Of a stretch of DNA of 38,822 bases, positions 33,584-38,822 are shown piece after piece. Source of the DNA: Betaproteobacteria bacterium (GTDB lineage Bacteria; Pseudomonadota; Gammaproteobacteria; Burkholderiales; Casimicrobiaceae); assembly GCA_027307095.1 (NCBI GenBank), contig DAHUXO010000146.1:1-38822 (forward strand), given 5' to 3'. Position 1 is the stretch's first letter; each line of letters begins with the position of its first letter. The position numbers and the translations under genes were made by a program. Under the pieces are notes generated by a model. The model was not told where the DNA came from, did no database searches, and saw only the letters and a list, made by a program, of their open reading frames with translations.

Positions 33584-34837
33584 TTACATCCGCTCGATCA
33601 TCGCCTTGCCGAAGCCCGAGCATGAGACCTGCGTGGCGCCCTGCATCAGCCGGGCGAAGTCGTAGGTGACGATCTTGTCGGCGATCGCCTTCTCGAGGCT
33701 CGAGGTGATGAGCGTCGCAGCCTCGCGCCAGCCCATGTGCACCAGCATCATTTCCGCAGACAGGATCTCAGATCCCGGATTGACGTAGTCCTTGCCCGCG
33801 TACTTCGGCGCCGTGCCGTGCGTCGCCTCGAACATCGCGATCGAGTCCGACATGTTGGCGCCCGGCGCGATCCCGATGCCCCCGACCTGTGCCGCCAGCG
33901 CGTCGGAGATGTAGTCGCCGTTCAGGTTCAGCGTGGCGATGACGTCGTACTCGGCCGGCCGCAGCAGGATCTGCTGCAGGAACGCGTCGGTGATCACGTC
34001 CTTGACGATGATCTCGCGGCCGGTCCTGGGGTTCTTGAACGAGCACCACGGCCCCCCGTCGACTTCCTTCGCCCCGAATTCGCGCTGCGCCAGCGCATAG
34101 CCCCAGTCGCGGAACGCGCCTTCGGTGAACTTCTGGATGTTCCCCTTGTGCACCAGCGTCATCGACCGCCGGTCGTTGTCGATCGTGTACTGGAGCGCCT
34201 TGCGCACCAGCCGCTCGGTGCCTTCGCGCGACACCGGCTTGATGCCGATGCCCGAGGTCGCCGGGAAGCGGATCTTCCTGACGCCCATCTCCTTGATCAG
34301 GAAGTCGATCACCTTCCTTGCGCCTTCCGATTCGGCCGGCCACTCGATGCCGACATAGATGTCCTCGGCGTTCTCGCGGAAGATGACCATGTCGATCTTG
34401 TCGGGCTCCTTGACCGGAGACGGAACCCCCTTGAACCAGCGTACCGGGCGCAGGCAGACGTAGAGGTCGAGTTGCTGGCGCAGCGCGACGTTCAGCGAGC
34501 GGATGCCGCCGCCGACCGGGGTCGTCAGCGGGCCCTTGATCGACACGACGTAGTCCTTCAGGATGGACAGGGTCTCGTCGGGCAGCCACACATCGGGGCC
34601 GTAGACCTTGGTCGACTTCTCGCCGGCGTAGATTTCCATCCAGTGGATCTTCCGCTTGCCGCCGTAAGCCTTGGCGACCGCGGCGTCGACGACCTTGATC
34701 ATCACCGGGGTGATGTCGAGACCGGTGCCGTCGCCCTCGATGTAGGGAATGATCGGGTTGTCGGGCACGGCGAGGCTGAAGTCCGGCTTGACGGTGATCC
34801 TGGCGCCGCCGGCCGGCACATTCACGTGTTGGTACAT
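33584..34837 (-). CDS. icd: NADP-dependent isocitrate dehydrogenase (dimeric, E. coli type)
   Basis: [51 protein letters not shown] and [19 protein letters not shown]. Confidence 0.98.
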   Translation of the reverse strand: MYQHVNVPAGGARITVKPDFSLAVPDNPIIPYIEGDGTGLDITPVMIKVVDAAVAKAYGGKRKIHWMEIYAGEKSTKVYGPDVWLPDETLSILKDYVVSIKGPLTTPVGGGIRSLNVALRQQLDLYVCLRPVRWFKGVPSPVKEPDKIDMVIFRENAEDIYVGIEWPAESEGARKVIDFLIKEMGVRKIRFPATSGIGIKPVSREGTERLVRKALQYTIDNDRRSMTLVHKGNIQKFTEGAFRDWGYALAQREFGAKEVDGGPWCSFKNPRTGREIIVKDVITDAFLQQILLRPAEYDVIATLNLNGDYISDALAAQVGGIGIAPGANMSDSIAMFEATHGTAPKYAGKDYVNPGSEILSAEMMLVHMGWREAATLITSSLEKAIADKIVTYDFARLMQGATQVSCSGFGKAMIERM

Positions 34838-34925
34838 TGCGTCTCCTGGGAACACATCGGCTGCGGCGCCCGGCACGGTGCACGGATGTTGCGCCGCGAA
34901 ACCTTTGATTATCCGTGAATCGGCC

Positions 34926-35480
34926 GTGCCCGTGGTCATCCTGCTCAACAAGCCCTACGGGGTGCTCTGCCAGTTCAGCGGCGACGGCACCCGCCCCACA
35001 CTCAAGGATTTCGTCGACGTGCCCGGCGTCTATGCCGCCGGACGCCTCGACGCAGACAGTGAAGGCCTGGTGGTCCTGACGGACGACGGCGCACTGCAGG
35101 CGCGCATCGCCGATCCGCGCTTCAAGCTGCCGAAAACCTACTGGGTGCAGGTCGAGGGCACGCCGACCCGGCAGCAACTCGACGCGTTGCGAAAGGGCGT
35201 CGAGGTCGGCGGCGTCAGGACCCGCCCCGCGCAGGTGCGGGCCGGTGACGAACCCGCCGGCCTCTGGCCGCGCATGCCCCCGATCCGCGTGCGCCTGGCC
35301 ATTCCCACCGCCTGGCTCGTGCTGACCATCGCCGAAGGCAGGAACCGGCAGGTCCGGCGCATGACCGCAGCCGTCGGGCTCCCGACGCTGCGCCTGATCC
35401 GGTGGTCGGTCGGCCCCTGGACCCTCGACGGCCTTGGCCCCGGCGCGTGGCGGATCGCCGACGCACGACCCTCGCCTTAG
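34926..35480 (+). CDS. rluE: 23S rRNA pseudouridine synthase (RluE-like, RsuA family, no S4 domain)
   Basis: [37 protein letters not shown] and [23 protein letters not shown]. Divergent from icd. Confidence 0.9.
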   Translation: MPVVILLNKPYGVLCQFSGDGTRPTLKDFVDVPGVYAAGRLDADSEGLVVLTDDGALQARIADPRFKLPKTYWVQVEGTPTRQQLDALRKGVEVGGVRTRPAQVRAGDEPAGLWPRMPPIRVRLAIPTAWLVLTIAEGRNRQVRRMTAAVGLPTLRLIRWSVGPWTLDGLGPGAWRIADARPSP

Positions 35481-35529
35481 CGGGGTGGACCGTGTCGTGG
35501 ACCGCGGCGGGGGCTCAGCCGGGGCACTC

Positions 35530-35538
35530 TGCTAGAAT
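35530..35538 (+). promoter_or_regulatory. Extended -10 element upstream of pcnB
   Basis: TG-C-TAGAAT; no -35 recognised. Confidence 0.45.
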
Positions 35539-35610
35539 TCGCGCCGATCCGCTGTCCGCCGACGCTGCCCGCAGGCGGGCCGCCTGCGTCGCTCGCTCCC
35601 TCCCCCCTCA

Positions 35611-36963
35611 ATGATCCGCCGACTGCTCGCCCGCCTGCTCCCCGGCCGGCGTGCGCGCGACCCGCGCGTCTACGGACCCGACCGGCATCCGGTGCGGCGC
35701 AACCAGCTCTCGAGCGCCGCGCAAAACGTCACGCGCAAGCTGCAGGAAGCCGGCTTCAAGGCCTTCATCGTCGGTGGCGCGGTCCGCGACCTGCTGCTGG
35801 GCATCGAGCCCAAGGATTTCGACCTCGCGACCAACGCCACGCCGGAGCAGGTCAAGCCGCTGTTCCGCAGGGCGTTCATCATCGGCAGGCGCTTCAGGCT
35901 GGTGCACGTCCACGCGGGCAACGACGTGATCGAGGTCTCGACGTTTCGCGCCGCGCAGACCGGCGGCGACGCGACGGACGAGCACGGACGGCTGCTGTCC
36001 GACAACGTCTACGGCTCGCAGGCCGAGGACGCGGCACGGCGCGATTTCACGATCAACGCGCTCTATTTCGATCCGGCGACGGAGTCGATCTGGGATTACG
36101 TCGGCGGCTTCGTCGACATACGCGCGCGGCGGCTGAAGCTGATCGGGCCGCCGGTGACGCGGTACCGCGAGGATCCGGTGCGCATGCTGCGCGCGGTCCG
36201 GCTGGCGGCGAAGCTCTCCCTCTCGATCGAAACGCGCACCGGGGAGCCGATCCCGCGCCTGGCCTCGCTGATGTCGAACGTCCCGCCGGCGCGGCTGTTC
36301 GACGAGATGCAGAAGCTGCTGCTGTCCGGGCACGCGCTCGAGACGCTGAAGAGCCTGCGCGCGCACGGCCTGTCGCACGGCCTGCTGCCGCTGCTGGACG
36401 TGATCCTCGAGCAGCCTTTCGGCCAGAAATTCATCGACGCCGCACTCGCCGGAACCGACTTGCGCGTGCGCGAGGGCAAGGGCGTGTCGCCGGCCTTCCT
36501 GTTCGCGACGCTGCTGTGGCACGAGGTGCTCGCCACGTGGAACGCCGCGAAGGAGCGCGGCGAGCGGCCGCTTCCGGCATTGTTCGACGCCATGGACAAG
36601 GTGCTCTCCGCCCAGGCTGAGCGCATTGCGATTCCGCGCAGGTTCGAGGCGACGATCAAGGAGATATGGTCGCTGCAGCCGCGCTTCGAGCAGCGCGCCG
36701 GATCGCGACCGGCGCGGCTGCTCGAGCACCCCCGCTTTCGCGCCGCCTACGATTTCCTGGCGCTGCGCGGCGAAAGCGGCGAGGCCCCGCAGGCCCTGGT
36801 CGACTGGTGGACGCGCTTCCAGGACGCAGGCGAGGCGGAGCGCGAGACGATGCTCCGCCCGGACGAAGCGCCGAAGAAGCGCCGGCGCCCACGGGGGCGC
36901 AGCCGAAAGCGCGACGCCGGTCCCGGCAGCGATGCAAGCCCCGCTCCCGAAGGCGGGGCGTAG
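35611..36963 (+). CDS. pcnB: Poly(A) polymerase I
   Basis: VGGAVRDLLLG, KDFDLAT, PAP-specific IIGRRFRLVHV, RRDFTINALY, EDPVRMLRA, HPRFRAAYDFL and a basic C-terminal tail. Followed by folK. Confidence 0.97.
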   Translation: MIRRLLARLLPGRRARDPRVYGPDRHPVRRNQLSSAAQNVTRKLQEAGFKAFIVGGAVRDLLLGIEPKDFDLATNATPEQVKPLFRRAFIIGRRFRLVHVHAGNDVIEVSTFRAAQTGGDATDEHGRLLSDNVYGSQAEDAARRDFTINALYFDPATESIWDYVGGFVDIRARRLKLIGPPVTRYREDPVRMLRAVRLAAKLSLSIETRTGEPIPRLASLMSNVPPARLFDEMQKLLLSGHALETLKSLRAHGLSHGLLPLLDVILEQPFGQKFIDAALAGTDLRVREGKGVSPAFLFATLLWHEVLATWNAAKERGERPLPALFDAMDKVLSAQAERIAIPRRFEATIKEIWSLQPRFEQRAGSRPARLLEHPRFRAAYDFLALRGESGEAPQALVDWWTRFQDAGEAERETMLRPDEAPKKRRRPRGRSRKRDAGPGSDASPAPEGGA

Positions 36964-36977
36964 GACGCACGGCGCAG

Positions 36978-37499
36978 GTGGTGGCGCGCGCGTACATCGG
37001 ACTCGGCAGCAACCTCGCGCATCCCCGGCGCCAGCTTGCGCGCGCGCTTCGGCGCATTGCGGGCCTGCGCGGCGTGCGCGTCGTCGCGCGATCGCCGAGC
37101 TACGCCAGCGCCCCCGTCGGGAGCATCCCGCAACCCGACTACGTCAACGCCGTCGCGGCCATCGACACGACCCTCGCGCCGCGGCCGCTGCTCGAGCGCC
37201 TGCATGCGATCGAGCGGGCCGCGGGTCGGCGGCGCGATGCTTCGACGCCGCGAAATTCCGCGCGAACCCTCGATCTCGATTTGCTACTATACGACCGCCG
37301 TCGCGCGCGGCTGCCGATGCTCACGCTTCCGCATCCGCGCATGCACGAGCGCGCGTTCGTGTTGCGACCGTTGGCGGACATCGCGCCGGCGGTGACGATT
37401 CCCGGACGCGGATTGGCCCGCCGATTCCTGGCGCGGGTGCGGAATCAGCGCATCGCGCGCACGCGAACCGCCTTCCCGCAGCTCAAGTCCGGACGCTGA
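36978..37499 (+). CDS. folK: 2-amino-4-hydroxy-6-hydroxymethyldihydropteridine pyrophosphokinase
   Basis: AYIGLGSNL, QPDYVNAV, RTLDLDLLLY and LPHPRMHERAFVLRPL. GTG start at 36978 or 36981. Confidence 0.96.
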   Translation: MVARAYIGLGSNLAHPRRQLARALRRIAGLRGVRVVARSPSYASAPVGSIPQPDYVNAVAAIDTTLAPRPLLERLHAIERAAGRRRDASTPRNSARTLDLDLLLYDRRRARLPMLTLPHPRMHERAFVLRPLADIAPAVTIPGRGLARRFLARVRNQRIARTRTAFPQLKSGR

Positions 37500-37504
37500 A
37501 CGCG

Positions 37505-38149
37505 ATGGAACTCGCCGCCTGCCGCTACGTGGTAATCGAAGGGCCGATCGGCGCCGGGAAGACCAGCCTCGCGCGCGAGCTCGCGCAGCGGCTGCACGCC
37601 GACACCCTGCTCGAGCAGCCCGAGGACAATCCGTTCCTCGTGCGCTTCTACGACGACATGACGCGTTTCGCGCTGCCCACCCAGCTGACGTTCCTGTTCC
37701 AGCGCGTCGACCAGCTGCGCGGCCTCACGCAACTGGACATGTTCCGGCGGCCGACGATCGCGGATTTCCTGCTCGACAAGGATCCCCTGTTCGCGCGGAT
37801 AAACCTCTCCGACGACGAATACGCGCTCTACGGCAAGGTGTACGCGCATCTGAAGCCGCAGACACCGACGCCCGACCTCGTCGTCTACCTGCAGGCCCCG
37901 GTCGACACGCTGGTCGACCGTGTCCACCGGCGCGGCGTCGATTTCGAGCAGGCGATTCCCGCCGATTACCTGGCGCGACTCGCCGACGCCTACACGCGCT
38001 TCTTCTACCGCTACGAGGACGCCCCGCTCCTGATCGTCAACAGCGAGCGCCTCAATTTCGTCGACGACACGACCCACCTCGACCTGCTGCTGCGGCGCAT
38101 TGCCGACATGCGCGGACAACGGGAGTTCTTCAACCTTGGCACCTCCTGA
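37505..38149 (+). CDS. Deoxynucleoside kinase (dCK/dGK family)
   Basis: [34 protein letters not shown] and RGVDFE. Usual folK-dNK-panB order. Confidence 0.93.
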   Translation: MELAACRYVVIEGPIGAGKTSLARELAQRLHADTLLEQPEDNPFLVRFYDDMTRFALPTQLTFLFQRVDQLRGLTQLDMFRRPTIADFLLDKDPLFARINLSDDEYALYGKVYAHLKPQTPTPDLVVYLQAPVDTLVDRVHRRGVDFEQAIPADYLARLADAYTRFFYRYEDAPLLIVNSERLNFVDDTTHLDLLLRRIADMRGQREFFNLGTS

Positions 38150-38822
38150 CCGCACGCCCGGCGCGAAGCCGCCGGGCCATTCCGATCCCGTTGCCGGCGC
38201 GAAGCCGCCGGGCCACGCCGACCCCCTCCCCGGTTCGAAGCCCCCGGGCTACGCCGATCCCGCGGCGCGCCCGGCGCGCGTGACCGTTCCTGCGCTGCAG
38301 GCGATGGCGCACGAGGGCCGGCGCATCGCGATGCTGACCTGCTACGACGCGAGCCTTGCGGCGCAGTGCGACGCCGCCGGCGTCGATACGCTGCTGGTCG
38401 GCGACTCGCTCGGGATGGTGATCCAGGGCCACGCGTCGACGCTGCCGGTGACCCTCGCCGACGTCGTCTATCACACGCGCTGCGTCGCCCGCGGCAGCCA
38501 GCGCGCGCTGATCATCGCCGACATGCCTTTCGGCTCCTACCAGGCGAGCCCCGAGGCGGCCTACGCGGCGTCGGTCGAAGCGCTGCAGGCGGGCGCGCAG
38601 ATGGTGAAGCTCGAGGGGGGCGCGTGGCTCGCGCCGACGATCGAGTTTCTCGTGCGCCGCAGCGTTCCCGTCTGCGGCCACATCGGCCTCACTCCGCAGT
38701 CGGTGCATGCGTTCGGCGGCTATCGGGTGCAAGGCAAGTCCGATGCCTCGGCGGACGCGGTGATCGCGGATGCCCGCGCATTGGGCGAAGCCGGCTGCGG
38801 GCTGATCGTCGTCGAGTGCGTG
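38136..38822 (+). CDS. panB: 3-methyl-2-oxobutanoate hydroxymethyltransferase (runs off the window edge)
   Basis: Manual translation: VTVPALQAM...[10 protein letters not shown]...[20 protein letters not shown]...ADMPFGSY...VKLEGG...[18 protein letters not shown]. Start is TTG 38136 (GGGAG 10 nt upstream) or GTG 38280. Confidence 0.95.
   Translation, partial: MAPPDRTPGAKPPGHSDPVAGAKPPGHADPLPGSKPPGYADPAARPARVTVPALQAMAHEGRRIAMLTCYDASLAAQCDAAGVDTLLVGDSLGMVIQGHASTLPVTLADVVYHTRCVARGSQRALIIADMPFGSYQASPEAAYAASVEALQAGAQMVKLEGGAWLAPTIEFLVRRSVPVCGHIGLTPQSVHAFGGYRVQGKSDASADAVIADARALGEAGCGLIVVECV
38157..38264 (+). repeat. Three imperfect 36-bp tandem repeats in frame with panB
   Basis: Units at 38157, 38193 and 38229 encode [12 protein letters not shown] / [12 protein letters not shown] / [12 protein letters not shown]. 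Confidence 0.9.

Noticed and set aside
38157-38264. CRISPR array (36-bp period)
   Set aside because: Contiguous tandem repeats with no unique spacers and codon-patterned variation.

Overview
GC-rich betaproteobacterial (Burkholderiales-like) chromosomal segment made almost entirely of housekeeping genes. From the left, on the minus strand: trpB (partial), trpF, truA, fimV, asd, leuB, leuD, an entericidin lipoprotein, leuC, a Dpp/Opp-type ABC transporter (F-D-C-B-A), miaA, mutL, a class I glutamine amidotransferase, folE2, dxs, ispA and xseB. Divergent from these (+) are a Rieske oxygenase alpha subunit and a rhodanese sulfurtransferase. Then (-) thpR, aceA, two tandem uncharacterised ATP-grasp paralogues, clpA, clpS and icd, and finally (+) rluE, pcnB, folK, a deoxynucleoside kinase and panB (partial). 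I saw no rRNA, tRNA, CRISPR array, integrase or transposase. Main oddities: (1) the translationally coupled ATP-grasp pair with a shared Trp-rich C-terminal motif, one copy with altered catalytic residues, which is the best candidate for an undescribed system; (2) fimV broken by a single in-frame TAG with the C-terminal domain intact downstream; (3) a 28-bp unit present three times, forming a perfect 60-bp palindrome; (4) short repeat-like elements at operon junctions that appear to preserve translational coupling; (5) a 3x12-aa PPG-containing N-terminal extension on PanB; (6) long leaders on the Rieske gene and aceA. All calls come from reading the sequence and recalled family motifs; no database searches were run.
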